A program made the translations under genes and the position numbers. A stretch of DNA of 64,000 nt. Source: Lama guanicoe. Its lineage: Eukaryota. The stretch is from NCBI GenBank assembly GCA_013239625.1, contig MU055922.1, forward strand, positions 1,071,289 through 1,135,288. The letters run 5' to 3'. Numbering within the stretch: position 1 is the stretch's first letter; each line of letters starts with the position of its first letter. The notes beneath the pieces are model-generated. The model did not search any database. It was not told the DNA's origin and saw nothing but the letters and a program-made list of their open reading frames with translations. Shown here piece by piece: positions 21,179-34,727 of the stretch.

Positions 21179-23662
21179 CTAAAAAAAAAGATAAGGAAAG
21201 AGGAGGTGGTCGGCTTGTGCGGGACGGCCCAGCCCTGAGCGCAGCAGGTGGAAGCTGTGCCCAGACGCATGGCTGGGTCTAGGGCCCTCTGCCCCTGGGA
21301 CGGGAACGGAGCCAGACAGAGACCACCCCTCGCTCCCCCCAGATTGGTCACTACAACTTCCTAGTCCCGGTTTTAAAAACCTACGTGTGAATACAATATG
21401 ATCTTAGAAATTCAAGCCACGGACTGAATGTCCAAATGCAGACTGTTTTAGCGAGAACGAAGCAGGCACGAAACAGGGGCCGAGAGAAGTGAGGCGACAC
21501 TCCCAGGATGCAGCAGTAGGTGGCAGCCCTGGGGCCAGAGCCCAGTTTCCTTCCTCTGGGCTCCATTTTCAACTCTGCTATGAAGGTTTTCTCACCACCT
21601 AAGTGAATCCAATGATGCGGGGAAAAGGCAGAAAGTCTACAGCTCTTTCCAGAACTCTCTACTTGGAATATCAAAATGCTTTTTAAGTTGATCCCAAATT
21701 AAACCAGTATTTACACCATTTGAGGCCTTGCTCCACCAAGAGCTTGCACTTGAATATAAGCAAGACAGTAAGGATCTGCTAACATTTAAACTATCGTCGG
21801 CTTCAACGGCTCCCACCTAGGTGGCTGCAATTCCTGAACAAGGGTTGTTCAAGTATAATATGAACTTACTGAATAAAGTGACTTATATTCATTTGTATTT
21901 TTAAAAGAAGGTCTGTATACTATTTAGCACTCAGAGGTAATGGGCATCTAAAAACACAAACAAGAAATAAAGAAAATAAAACCACAAGCCTGGCTCTGCG
22001 GCAGTGGAGGGAGGGAGGGAACCGGCGGAGGTACCTGACTGCGGAACTGGTTAAGTCAACCAAGTCAGCTTCGTGAAACACAGATTCTACAGCGAGACTG
22101 GTGCAGTCAGGTCCTAAGTGACTCTGGTGCATTTCGCACAAATGTTCCTTGAAGAAGAACTCTGTTAAAGTGTCCCCAGCCTCCTGCCCACACACTCCCG
22201 GCTCAGCAGCTGCTCACTCACAGCTGCGTATCCATTAGCACGCCTCCTCTCGGGCACGTTATTTCCTGTCGCACTCGCCCCATGACGCACGGGGAGCCGG
22301 CAGGGTGTTGTCTCTGTTTAACCAAGGACCCAGGCCCGGGGAGGTCAGGCGGCCCCCCTGACGGACACCACACAGCTGGTGGGTGCAGCTGGGCCCCGGC
22401 CACACTTCGGGGCTCCTGCGTCTTCACACCCACCGGCCCCACCTTAGCGTCGGTTTGTAGGCAAAGATGGTAAAACTCAGGAGCCCACTCTTTATGCTCA
22501 GCCTTTCCACAGTAACTACATTAAACAAATATCTTACAGCTGAGAAAGGTTTGTCCCCCAACCCAGGTCGGGCTCAGCTGGATGAGTGAGAAAACTTCCA
22601 AGAGGGAGTTGGTTGAAAAAGAATCTTCTCCGAGGCCACCCCTTTTCAGCTCTAGGAAATCACTGCTCTGTGCTCTCACCTCCCCTCCTCTGGGCCCAAG
22701 TTACAGCCCCAGGTGACCTGAGGGTCAGATCGCGTGTGAACGGCTGCTTCCTTCCCACACGCCCAGCTTGTGTGAGGCCTGTCCGCCGCAGGGGGGCCGC
22801 CTGGTGGTCAGCCCTACATTAGGACCCTCGCACTGGCCAGTGTTGGGTCTGTCGGTAGACAGGGTTGGCCTCAGTCAACAGTATTTGCTGCTCCTTTTGC
22901 ATGTGGAAAAGAGACTTATTCTGACTGAGTCACTTTCCATGATGACACAGCACAGACGGGTCACCAACCAGCCTGCCTGCTCCGCTCACCAAATGTAACC
23001 CCAATGCAGGGTAGCAAGTAGATACGACCAGGGTGATTCTTTGCCCAGAGGTTTCATTAAAAAAAAAAAAAAAAACTCTTTAAATAATGGATTCCAAGGC
23101 AAAGCGAAGCATTTCACAGCTCACCAGTTCTTTGCCTCAGTAAGTATGAGGCAACCTCACAAAAGAACCCCTTCAAATTCTGGTGTTAGAAGCTTCCGCT
23201 GCACGAAGATGGATCATGAATAAGGCTAAACTGTCGTAAACGGTTAACCGAGACCACGTGGAATTATCACAGGACCTGCTGCACTTCCGGATCGCACGCA
23301 GCCTAGACACGCATCACGGGGTAAAGGAGGTGTGTGCCCATCTGCAAAGACCCAACAGCGCCCACCGACCGCCCACCTCCTGACGCAGGGAGGGACCTCT
23401 TCCTCCAAGGACGCTCGACGAGAGAAGTTTACAAAGAAGGGGAGGAGGGATGTGCAACAAAATTGCAGGAAAAAAACCCCAAGGGTTGTTGGGGGTCAAC
23501 TGAGATGCTTAATTCTACACGTGAGGGCACGGCATGGGCCCCCACGCAACTCCACCCTTGCCCAACTGAAAAGCCCGACTTGGTTCCATTTGAAAAAGAC
23601 ACTGTAGCCATTTTCGGTCTTCTGACACGGGGGCAACTCGCCCAGAGAGGACGCGCGCCCAC

Positions 23663-23777
23663 CTTTGTCCTCTGAGATGGCCTGCACCAGCTCGTACTCC
23701 TCCGCGGGGTCCGTGTCCAGGTTGTGCTTCATCATGGCCCTCTGGATCACGGCTGGAGTCTTGTCCTGGCTCGTCAG
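23663..23777 (-). CDS. RGL1: RGL1 exon, RA domain ([38 protein letters not shown])
   Basis: ttccag|CTG acceptor and AAG|gtgggc donor. 115 bp, in frame. Confidence 0.96.
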
Positions 23778-26199
23778 CTGGAAAGACAGTGACAAGGCTG
23801 GTAAAGTGCTTAGCTTCACGTTTCCTGGAAGAGTTCTCCTGACCTTATTCTTACTGTCCTGTGTCTTTCCAGGGGAAACGGCCCAGTGGAATGAGAGCCG
23901 ATCAAGAGCCGATACTCCTGGGTTCTAGTCCTGGCTCCACCCTCAGAGGCCAAAAGACAATGGTCGCCCATTCTCTCAGAGCCACAGTGTCTTCCCCCAC
24001 AGAAACAGAGAGACTGAGTGCCTTGCCATCTCCCCACACGGGTTGAGGTTCCGATGGAAAACTATATAGGAGGGTGTTGTGAGAACTGTACCACGTTCTC
24101 AGTCCTGGGCCAAAGCCTGCCCCAACCTGTCGAGCTCCTGCTGTGGCCCTGGTCCAGCACCCGGGGGTCAGGAATGGCCGCGGCCCTGCAGGCCGACCAT
24201 TTCCAACCGCACAAGGGAACCCGGGACCCAGGAACCCCACCCCTAGGAATTCACCAGGAGAGATGAAAACGCAGGTCCACGCGAGGACTCGTCCACAGGT
24301 GTTCACAGCACACTGATTCCCAACAGCCCCACCTGGAACCAACACTGGCTCTCCATCCACAAGGGAACAGGGAGGATAAAGACACCGCAGTGCAATCACG
24401 ACGGGGCGCGGCCCGGCGGGTGCCGGGAACGGAGAGCCGAAACAGGCAGCCGCGTGGGGCATCTCACCAACGCCACGCTGAGCCAGAGACACCAGACACT
24501 AAAGACTGCGGGTCTGTTCTTTCAAAAGCAGGCCGGATTAACCTGTGCTGTTAGGAGACCGAGTTCAGCTAAGCTTATCTTCAACTGAGGTAAAAGCAGG
24601 ACTTACTGGAAGGGTCACAAGGGGATTTGCAGAGGGGGATGGAAAACGCTCTTTATCCAGACTGGGGGTGGTGGTGCCACAGATACACATATGTAGCTGC
24701 ATGTGTACATATGGGTATGGGTGTAGTTCTTAGAGCCCAAGGAACTGAACACTTCAGGTCTACACAGGTAACTTCAATCAAAATGAGCTAAGTGTTGACA
24801 AAGAATAAATCTAACATTTTTAATAAAGTGCGAGTAAGGCCTCGTCTCGCTCCAGTTACCCCCTTCATCCCTGCCCATCACCAGCCATTTTCAGGGTGTT
24901 CAGAGCAACAGGAAAAGGGGGCTGACTCAGGTACCAGCCCTCGGGTGATTATTCTTACTTAAAGACACAAGCTGTTCTCACCAGGAGGTGAGAGGAAAGA
25001 CAGCCAAAAAGAAGAAGAAATCTAATTTCCTCCAAGGAACTGTCATTTTGAGCCTGAGGGTGTCAGGCCCGCAGGCCTCCCCCTGGTCTGGGGCAGCGCC
25101 TGTATCTGTGAGTTAATAAACGATATGCGTTACAACGGGCGCCTCTGTCAGTAGCAAAGACCTGGCTCCAGTGTCTATTACCAAAACACCTGGCACATCC
25201 TTATATAAGGGAGAGGTGGATGCACAGAACATCCTAAAGGAGGAAAGATGGTTTTTGATAGTCGAAAGGAAGTGCTCCCACCGCTAGATCAAACTGGAGT
25301 AGGAGCTTAAAGCTAGAGGGAAAAGGCCACCGCCTGGGGGATGGTTGCTGGGTCAAGGTGGTCAGTGTTAAGATGTCACCTTTAAACCTGCTTACGGAGA
25401 AAGCCAGGCTACGCGTAGTTTCTTTAACTTAACTTAAACCTCCCTAGGTATGTGCAAACAAGGATGGGATGGCCAGGGACTCTTGAGTGTTTGTTACTTT
25501 GTACTTTCGAAGCTGCTGAGAGGACCTGATGATCAGAGAGCTCTCACAGCTCAGCCAGGCAGCCCTGTGCTGATGGGCTGAACCAGCGCTGCCTGAGGAT
25601 GCGTAAACGTGAGCCTTGTTTGTTACTGTAAACATCTAGTAGCCACTTCTAAAACCTTTTTCAAAAGGGAAGTTGATACATCCAAAACATTCTTTCAGCA
25701 TACAATCAATACAAGAATCGTCAATGAGTGATTTCATGTTCTTCTGTTGCTGTTGTTGTCAATCTTCGAAACCTCGTGTGTATCTTGTGCTCAAAGCCCA
25801 GCTCAGTTTGGACCTTTTGCATTTCAAATGCATAACCACCACACCAGGCCTGGGGGCTACGCTCCTGAATGAAGCGTGGATGTCACCTTCAGGCATCTTA
25901 AATAGGAAGTAAAACACCTGACCTGACCCGAGGTTAGTTGTCTAACGCTACAGGCTAGGCCTGCTTTTGAAGGATGAGACTCCAGCAGGATGCCCGGGGT
26001 GGTTTTTCTGTTTTGTTTTTGGGGGGTATTTTTTTTTTGGCTCAGCATGCTGTTTTAGAGATGGACCCCCTGGGTCCTGCCTCGGCCCACAGTCACTCCC
26101 TGCATGACCACATCTACTGCATCCACCGGGGGGGGGGGGCGGAGGGCTGGACGACTCCCAGCATCCAACCCCAGCACCAGCCTCGCGCCAACCTGTGTT

Positions 26200-26850
26200 T
26201 CTGACCATCGACCTGCTGATGCCATCTGGATGTCCTACTGGTACCTCTGATTTAAGTGCACCCAACACTTCCTCCTCCAGTGGTTACATCATACTTGACA
26301 GGACCACCAACCATCCAGCTGCCTGGAAAGCCTTTAGTTCCTCCCTCTTCCACGTCCCCACAACAGTAACCAAAAAGTTGGTAACTAAATGGATGGAGAC
26401 TACAATTCTATCTTTTCAAAATCTTTCAAAACTCCACATTGTCTGCAGTCACATCAGCACCATTCGAACCCTTATCATCTCCTGCCTGGAACATGGTAGC
26501 AGCTGCTACCTTCTTCCCCACCTGCAGCCGACCCCCTGCGCTCCTGCATCAGTTCTGCACAAGGCCAGTCACTCCTCTAGAGAACAAGTGTCCTCACTAC
26601 ACAAATGCCCTCAATAAGACTCTACTGCCCGCAGGACTAACGCAGACTCCTTCATGTGGGACCCTCACAACCCAGTCTGACCTCGGAGTATGTAGCAGAT
26701 TTAAAATAATGCTTTATGACCTCCCTTTTGATGGTAAGTTCCTCAAAGACAGAAATGTCCCATTCATCTCCCTGTCCCCCTAAAGTCTGGTCCAATGAAT
26801 ATTGCAATAGTCAAGAAATATTTTGCTGATTCAGTGAATGCTTTAATAAA
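26200..26850 (+). mobile_element. L2 LINE fragment
   Basis: L2-like text (atctggatgtcctactggtacctc, atcatctcctgcctggaacatgg, gtaagttcctcaaagacag, tcaagaaatattttgctgattcagtgaatg). Confidence 0.55.
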
Positions 26851-27539
26851 GCTTTCCTTTAGATATTAGAAAACAGTACCCCCATGTCACTTCTGTCATT
26901 CAGAGCTGGGCTTGTAAGCACATGCCCTCAAAGAAGGCAAGTGAGGAAGATGGGGTGAGATGCAGGATTTTTCTACAAAGGAGAGTCTGCTTTTCAATAC
27001 GTGATGTCCTATAAAGTAAGTCTCCTCTTGCCATAAACACATCAGACCTCACACACCAGGAGAGGTTCTGCATGTATTTCAAAATATTTTGGGTACTGTG
27101 CTCAGAACACACAGTCTTTACAAGATGCTCAAAAAGATCAGTCTCTTATTTGTAAGTATAGTTCCTCATGGACCCAAACCATACGTCCAGCTTGATCATC
27201 ACCTTTACTAGGTCTGATTCCAAACGACCAAAGGGGAAAAATCTGCCACCACAGAGGATGCTAAGAAGGCATGGCAGCTCAGTGACGAGTGCAGATGCGT
27301 AAACCCACAGGAAGACCTGCAAGGAGGCGTGCAGCCGTGGCACCTTCTCTGCAATACTCTTATACAGTCATCCTGAGTGACAGTTTTGAAGAGGGTGACA
27401 CTGACCTGGATGAATAAGTTTCAGCAACTTTTAAGATGTAAGAATTATATCCTATACTCACTGCTGGCAGGCAGATTTTTTAAAAATTTAATTTATTTAA
27501 TGTCTAGTTTTTTTTCCTTCTGTTTTGTAGTCACATCAC

Positions 27540-27648
27540 TTTATTTTTATTTTATTTTGGTGGGGGGAGGTAATTAGGTTTATTTATTTATTTTTCATTA
27601 TTACTTTTAATGGAAGTGCTATGGCTTGAAACCAGGACCTCGTGCATG
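27540..27648 (-). mobile_element. 5'-truncated Vic-1-type (camelid) SINE copy
   Basis: Same 3' half and tail as the adjacent copy (..AATAAACCTAATTACCTCCCCCC..A-tail on the minus strand). Confidence 0.75.
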
Positions 27649-27664
27649 TTTTTAGTAACATCAC

Positions 27665-27815
27665 TTTTTATTTTATTTTATTTATTTTCTTGGTGGGGGG
27701 AAGGTAATCAGGTTTATTTATTTTTCATTATTATTTTTAATGCAGGTACTGGGGCTTGAAGCCAGGACCTCGTGCTTGCTAGGCAGGCGCTCTACCATGA
27801 GCTGTACCTGGTCCC
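27665..27815 (-). mobile_element. Full-length Vic-1-type tRNA-derived SINE (camelid)
   Basis: Minus strand GGTACAGCTCATGGTAGAGCGCCTGCCTAGCAAGCACGAGGTCCTGGCTTCAAGCCCCAGTACC has Pol III A- and B-box-like segments, followed by AATAAACCTGATTACCTTCCCCCC and an A-rich tail. Confidence 0.8.
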
Positions 27816-27970
27816 CTCCGATCTTTATATAAGTCTGTTATCAGTCTGTAACCCGGGAGACGCGGGCATTTGCACAAGGGACGCGCCTTCGTGCGCGGGG
27901 ACGCGCGTGCGCAGACGGACGCGGCGCGCACTAGCGGGTCGGGGTGGGACGGGGCGGGGGCCGGTCTTAC

Positions 27971-28225
27971 CACGATGCTCTTGTACATGTTGCCGTTGCT
28001 GTCCTCCACGCTGATGCGGATTATGCAGGTGTCCTCGTTCTGCTGGTTGTAAACGGGCGGCAGCACGGTGGAGGTAATGGATGTCACGGAGACTGAGCGC
28101 TTGTGGACCCTGGGGTTGTTGTTGCAGGACGGCGGGGAGGAGACGGGGTTCGTCACGGACGACACCCCTGAGGAAGCTGTGTCCATGGAGTGGATGGAGG
28201 AGCACGATGAGGAGGACTCGGAGAG
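27971..28225 (-). CDS. RGL1: RGL1 exon (LSESSSSCSS..LPPVYNQQNEDTCIIRISVEDSNGNMYKSIV), start of the RA domain
   Basis: ttccag|CTC acceptor and GTG|gtaaga donor. 255 bp. NGNMYKSI is a RalGDS RA-domain motif. Confidence 0.96.
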
Positions 28226-31164
28226 CTGGAAGGGCAAGCAGAGCCCGGGAGGAAAGGGAGCCGTGAGAGCCCCGGCCGACGGCGCGCTTCGCACGTCTCA
28301 CAGCAGAGGCAGATGCTCAGGCTCATAAAGTCAGTCACTGCCCCCCCAACAGCCAGAGCACACGCGTCTCGTCCCTGGTGTGCGCATCCCCCTGGCAGAC
28401 GCCTGTCAGGGACCCTGCTTGGCCCAAGCACCTGACATCGGGAGGCCCGGTGGGTCTCTCATTTGGGGTTTTAGCGGCTCTGAAGGAGGCTGACCAGCAG
28501 GGGGCAGCAGAGACTAGAGGCGACACGTGCTGCGGAAAGACGTGGGCGGCTCTCGGGGCCGGAGGAAAGCCCGGTGCTGCCGCCTTGAGCAGGATAACGA
28601 CCTGCCCAGAGATCACTGCTATCCTGACCACGTCACACCCAGATTTTGGAGCAGGGGAGAAATGTCTATATTTTTAGAAGTGTCTAAACTAAGGACCACA
28701 GATTACACAGCTCTGCATGGAACAGGAAGGGGCCCCGGGGGTCGCCTGGCCCCACTCCTCCCTTTCTCCTGCGGAGGAACCTGGGGCACCGCCAGCACCG
28801 AGCTGCTTGACTCCACGGCCGGGTTCACAGGGCAAGGGCGCCGCCGAGACCCAGCCTGCGGTTCGAACACAGGGCGGTGATCACCTCGGGGGCGCTCGGC
28901 GCCGGGAGGTTTGTGATGAGCTTTTACAGGTCCGGTCTCATTTTGGCCCCACAGCTACCTCGTGAACCAAGTGCAGAGCATCGCAAAGATGAGGGAAATG
29001 AGATTCAGAGACACAGCGACTCGCCCAAGGGAACGCAACCCACGAGAGGCTCCGCCGCTGACCACGTTGGCTTCCAGAACCCACTGCATACGTTTTCATG
29101 TTGTGTGTCAAGGATAACTAAGGAGCGAGGTGCTGAAGTTAGTGGGTTTTTCTGACTAACGACAGAGTTCTTATATGTGCAATACCAGTTACCAAAGAAA
29201 TGGGATGCCCCCAACTCACTAGATGGTGTTCTAGGAAAAACCATTAATTGAATCATTTAAAATAGCAAGTCTTACTATAGAAAACTGTAAGTAATTTCTC
29301 AGAATGAGTTAAGCTAAATTATACCTTATTAATCCAATAAAATAATCTGGAAGTCCTTTAAAAAATAAATTACTTACTCAATTCTTTCACACCTGTCTAC
29401 CTTTCCATGGAAACAAAACACGGAAGTTTAGTTTTCTGGTTATCTGGTTTCCAAGTAAAATGGAGTCTATTTTATTTCCTACGGATTTTTTCCCCCTGTG
29501 GCATAACTATACATTGAATCCCACCGCGTCGTTGGTTTAATAAGAGCCAGTGGCAACTCTGACGTGCAGGAGTCAAACTGTGGCCCCGTCACAGTGTGGT
29601 TTAGTTACACTCCTTAGGTTCCCATGTGAATCAACTTCGTGGCTCAATTTGAGGGCTAACTGGTGGTGGGTAATTTCAGTAGTCTAACTCTGCCTGCAGG
29701 TGCCCCGCACAGTAGCCAAAAGGGTCCATTTTCCAATTATTGGTTCAATTTTTTTCACCTTCTCTTTCCTCCACATAAACCCATTTTCCTGTTAGATTTT
29801 CCATGACTTTAATGACATTCATAACTCAAATGACGCCCTGAAGATGCCTGGGTTACAGAAGCTCCAAACTAATCAGCTGACAAGACCCCAAATTCTTACT
29901 GAGAATTTCAGTAGCGAGGAGCAGATGTTAGGTAAATGTTTAGAAGTTGTGATCTGGGGAATGAAGGAAGAGGAATGATTACACCTTACTCAAAAAGGCG
30001 ACCTATCAGTGTAGCCAGTGGGGAGGGCAGGGTGGACGCGGAGGGCCGCAGGGCTGCAGGGTGGGAAGGGACCACTGCCTCCTGGCCCAGCCATGCGCTG
30101 AGCAGAACTGAGGCCTCTCCAGTTCACATTCAGCACTTCCGCAGCCCAGCAACTACTTGCATCCAATTCAATTACTCATTTTTAAACCTGTGGAAATTCA
30201 TGACTCCAAGAGGTTCATCCAAAGAGTAAAAGGTCATGACTTGTGCAAGAAATTAAAGAGTCAGTGTGATAAGGGAGGAGACAAGAAAGGATGCAGCCGG
30301 TGGGGGGGGGGGTGCCCAGGACACACACTGGGCTCCAGCACAGTTTTGAAGGGGATGGATGATCTGGGCCATGTGCACGTCCACTGCACCAGCAGATGCA
30401 AATGTGATTCCCCCTTCTTCCCGGACAGAGGGAAACCCCACAAAGGCGTGGGTGTATCTCGGTTGTCAATGTTGCACAATGTCTGTCATCAGACGGGGGG
30501 CCTACAGAGCATGAGAACCTGTCAAAAGGTGAATGATGAGACTTGCTCCAGGATTCTGACAAATTCAGTGCTGACTGTCAAGTCACGGAGGATGCTTACA
30601 TCCCTTGTTAAGAAGGCACGCTGGAGAGAACAGCCAGTCTGGAGGTATTTGCCAAGCCTTCCTTCAATATTTGGAGCACTAAAGATGTGTCCTCACCTAG
30701 ACTTCAAAGCAGAAAGGTGAGAAGTCCCACCCGCCGGGGCAGCATCTGAGGCATCTCAGTCTCATGAGTCCCTCCTGGTTTGGCTACTTTGTGACAAGGG
30801 CACCTGATGGTTCCCAGATCACTGCTGTGGCTTGTAACACAGTGAGACAGCACACAGATCCCCGTGCAGGATGGCAGATACAAACAAAACAAAGGCATTG
30901 TTCCTAACACTCCACCTCACTGGCCGAAGCAGAAGCTAAGGGGCCAGAAGTCACTCACACAGCAAGTGTGACCAGATGTAGAGGTGACATCTCTGATGTC
31001 AGCTCCTTAACCAACAGATTCAAGCAGATGTGTACAGAAGATCAAGGTGGGTCTTTTCTCTCATGTATTTATACGAAAACTAGCCATGGAAAATAAGAGC
31101 TTTCTCCGGGAATTCCTTTATCACCTCCCACCACTTTCCCTTTTGGGGGTACACGGTAGATTGT

Positions 31165-31570
31165 TACCAATTCCTCACCGTCTCCCACATCCGTGCCCTT
31201 TGCCCTGTGACTCCATAGTTCCCCGCCTCATTTATTTATGGGGGATTTGGCCATATGATTTACTCTGGCCAATAACATGTTGATAGATATCACCCCAGGG
31301 AAGGTCTGTTACGCGGCTGCAGGGCTGGGACCGCCCTCTTGCTCACCAGTCTGGCATGCTAAGAGCTTACCCTGCGGAGCTCCTCACTCCAAAAGCAACG
31401 CGGGACGGGCAGAGGAGACCCGGGCCAAATCTGCGCCCTAGGACCAAGCCCAACCCCAGTCAACCAACCTGCAGGAGCATGACAGAGGAGAAATGGTGGC
31501 TGTGTTAAGTCACTGAGGCTTGGAGTGATTTGCTCTGCGGCATTATTGTGGTAAAAGCTTGGCTGAGACA
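31165..31570 (+). mobile_element. Old MaLR LTR (MLT1J/I-like)
   Basis: Text ccgtgccctttgccctgtgact, ctggccaataacatgttg, and a terminal taagtcactgaggcttggagtgatttgct..gcattattgtgg..gctgagaca. Confidence 0.6.
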
Positions 31571-31929
31571 CAGTACGACACCGAGAAACTGCCTCATCTC
31601 TGTCTCTTGACTTTCTGCTCCTTCTAAGACCACTCTACATCTCCTAAGTAAAGTGTAGCTCCCACTCCATGTCACAGTCCACCAGCTGCCTCTGGACGTG
31701 GGCGGGGAACAGCATTTCAAAGGCGAGATGAGCAAACCAGCAGGCTTATCGCTTTTAGACGTTTCTATAGGGAAGGAATTCCCAGAATGAACTACGCTTT
31801 TAACACCTTGAAAAAACAGGCCTTGCAACACACTGTCGAGCGAGCAACCTGCAAACAGACATTGCTCCCGGGGCAGACACCGTGCCAGGCGCCGGCGTCG
31901 CGAGTCACGGGCAGGGGCCGAGCGCGCAC

Positions 31930-32116
31930 CTTTTTTTGAGGCTCGTCGGGTGTGTCCATGGGCGTGATGGAGCCCTCCTCGGCCTCCGAGTGGTTCGACT
32001 CGCAGGATGACACGCTCACGGAGTCCATGCTCTCCCCGGAGCTCCCGCTGGCAGCGGACTTGGGCGGCTCTTTGGTAGGCGTGCTACTGGTGATAAGGTC
32101 CGACCCCAGAAACAGT
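31930..32116 (-). CDS. RGL1: RGL1 exon, Ser-rich linker (LFLGSDLITSSTPTKEPPKSAASGSSGESMDSVSVSSCESNHSEAEEGSITPMDTPDEPQKK)
   Basis: ccgcag|A acceptor and AAG|gtgcgc donor. 187 bp, in frame. Confidence 0.94.
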
Positions 32117-33079
32117 CTGCGGAAAACATAACACCAGGCATTCGGGCTCTTACAAGTCTGGAATCCATGGTGAAGCAAACAGTTTTGTGTTAACTAAGTC
32201 CTCGATGTTTTCTTAATCATGTGTGCCCTGTCATTATTATTTTAGGAAAGCATTTGCTAGCAAGTTTCTAACAGGATCAGAGTAAACATCTTGTCCCAGT
32301 GTGTTACCTGTAGCCTCAAAGAGCACGCGGACTGCTTGGCTGAGTGAAGGGCCATGTTAATCTGAGGTCTTTGTGGGTCAGCAGTTCTCCATGTTTTGGT
32401 GAAAGTCTATGGACCACATTGGCAGGATCGAAACACCATGGCCACACCCCATCACCTCCCACCAGGAAGCAAATTCTAGGAGGCTGAAGGCGAAGACCCA
32501 CCCTGCGCTGGGCAGGAAGCCAAGGGGGAAGGCTTTTTTCTTCTTTTCCGATAATCTAATGAACTAAAATAACCTCAGTCCCTTCACCATAAAACAACTC
32601 GGTAAAAACATGAACAATTCTTTTTAGAGTTGAGCTTGCAAGACAGTAAGGAAAATCCCTGCAGGCCAGAAACGAAAAGGGAACAGAAAACCAGAAGCAG
32701 GCGAGCTCCCTCTGCAGCTGCTCTGGACAGGGGGGTGGGAGGGGCCGATCGCGGCAAACTAGCGACAGGGGTTTTAACACACACATAGCATCCAAAGATG
32801 AGGGCTTCTGTTCGTGCACGGTGGCGGGTGGGCACTGACATCCCTTACACAGAGCCAGGACCCTCAGAGAGCTTCATGCACCCTGAGTAAAAAGATGGGC
32901 TAGAAAAATACACTCCTGCTGGCATAGGAAGACAGCAGGGAGACTTATCTGCCAGCCTGAGCTTGGGTGGAAGAAGAATGTCTCCTCGAAATCACGTGCG
33001 ATCTTAGCCAACACTTCACTCAGATTTGCTGCCTAGCTGGTCTAAGAACTGGGAACTCTCAGGCCAGTGAGTGAGACTT

Positions 33080-34210
33080 TTGAAGAAACTAGAATTTAGA
33101 AAAGCAGACAAACAGAAATACCCAAACACCTTTCTGGAGGAATATTCCTTCAACTTAGGCAGCAGAGAATTCCCTGATAAAGATGAACTCACAATATAAA
33201 ATTACAAAATACACACAAGGAAACAGCCCACCCTAAGCAGGAGTCAACAGGCATAATGAAATGAGCAAATCTAGACCCCTGAGGACTTGAGATTACAAGA
33301 GCTCTCAGAAAGAGATGAGTAATTTATTCATTCATTTAACAAATATTCAAGCGTCTACCATGAGCCAAGCTATAAAGCAAGTATGTTTGAAAACATTAAA
33401 GAGATACAAGAAGAAATTGAGAACAGGAGTTAAAAGCAAGACATTCTAACAAGAGGACAGGAAGATAATTTGGAAAAAAAGAAGTTTATTTCTAGAGTGA
33501 AAAAGGTAGTGATTTAAATTTTAAAACTCGGTGGAAAGATCAAATGTTGAAGAGAAAAACTGAACCAGAGTGATAGGTCTGAAGAAAATCCTCAGAGGGC
33601 AGCATCAAAATATGAAGAATGAAATGAAAATGAAAATCAAAATGAAAAATGAAAGAGGTTAAAAGGCACAGGGAACGGGGTACAGAATGCCTGCCTGTGC
33701 GAAGAAGAGTTCCGCAAGCAGACAGACGAGCGAATGGAAAACGGGACCGTGGCTGAAGGGACGGTGGCTGAGAAGACTCCAGAACGAGAGAACCGCGTGA
33801 ATCCTCAGATCCAGGAACCACATCTGGGGTCAATAAGGCTAAATCCCCATTTAACCTGCACGATGGTATCGAAGACCCAAGTTCTTAAAAGCAACATGGC
33901 TGGAAGCATAATGCAAAGGAGCCGTAATTCAGCAGACATCAGACATCTCAAAAGCAACGATGCAAGACAGAAGGCACAGAATAGTGTCTTCAGAGCACTG
34001 AGCAAAAGTACCAGTCATCCCTGAATTCTGTACCCACCTAACAGAATTCCAAGAGTGAGGGCAAAATAAAGGCTTTCTCAAAGACTGTTTACCATCAACA
34101 GACAACGAGGAGGGAAGGTGTAAGGCGCAAGAAGGAATGGGATGTGCAGAAACTAGCAAATGGGCCCAAACCCAAACAAACATTGTCTGTATAAAACAAC
34201 AGCAGTAGAA
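33080..34210 (+). mobile_element. Ancient L1/HAL1-like ORF1-region remnant
   Basis: A-rich sense strand with L1 ORF1-like phrases (gaatcctcagatccaggaaccaca, atcagacatctcaaaagcaacgatgcaagacag, gaattctgtacccacctaac). Confidence 0.55.
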
Positions 34211-34727
34211 ACAATGAGGATTTTATATGTATATATAAAACCAGTACCTTTTCAGGCACCCCTTGCGAGCCAGGCACTGTTTTAAGGGTGTGACAAGCCT
34301 GCTAGCCCTGACAACAACCCACTGAGTGAACATTATCACCCTCATCTCACAAAGGACAGGACAGAAGTGCACACAGCAAGTGGCCGTGGCGCTGGGGCAG
34401 AGTGGGCTGGTTCCCGGGCCCACTCTGCTGCGAACAACGTCCGGGTTCCCTGATCACTGTCCCTGCGTGCCCCTGGCCAGTGCAGACTGTGTCACCCGAA
34501 GATCAGACCGGGTATACATCTTCAAAAGAGAAGAACAAATTTATTAATCAAAGGATAACCCTTGTCTCCCTGAACTAAGCTCCTTAGCCTCCATGAGAGT
34601 CATCGGCCTAATGTCGTTCAGAGTTGAATGTCTAAGAGATGAACTTCAAGACAGAGACTAGGTTCTCTTAAGACTCTCCTGATATAAACTGCTGAGATCC
34701 AAGCACAGGGTCCAATTAAACTTAACA

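Noticed and set aside
22035-22161. Possible cassette exon of RGL1 (aacag|AGTTC..GTCAG|gtacct), open in the incoming frame
   Set aside because: Poor polypyrimidine tract, 127 nt would shift the frame, and the peptide resembles nothing I recognise.
23902-24492. 196-aa minus-strand ORF
   Set aside because: GC-rich intronic sequence with a non-ATG start and no recognisable domain.
30157-30720. 187-aa plus-strand ORF
   Set aside because: Non-ATG start, runs through a poly-G tract, no domain; expected by chance.
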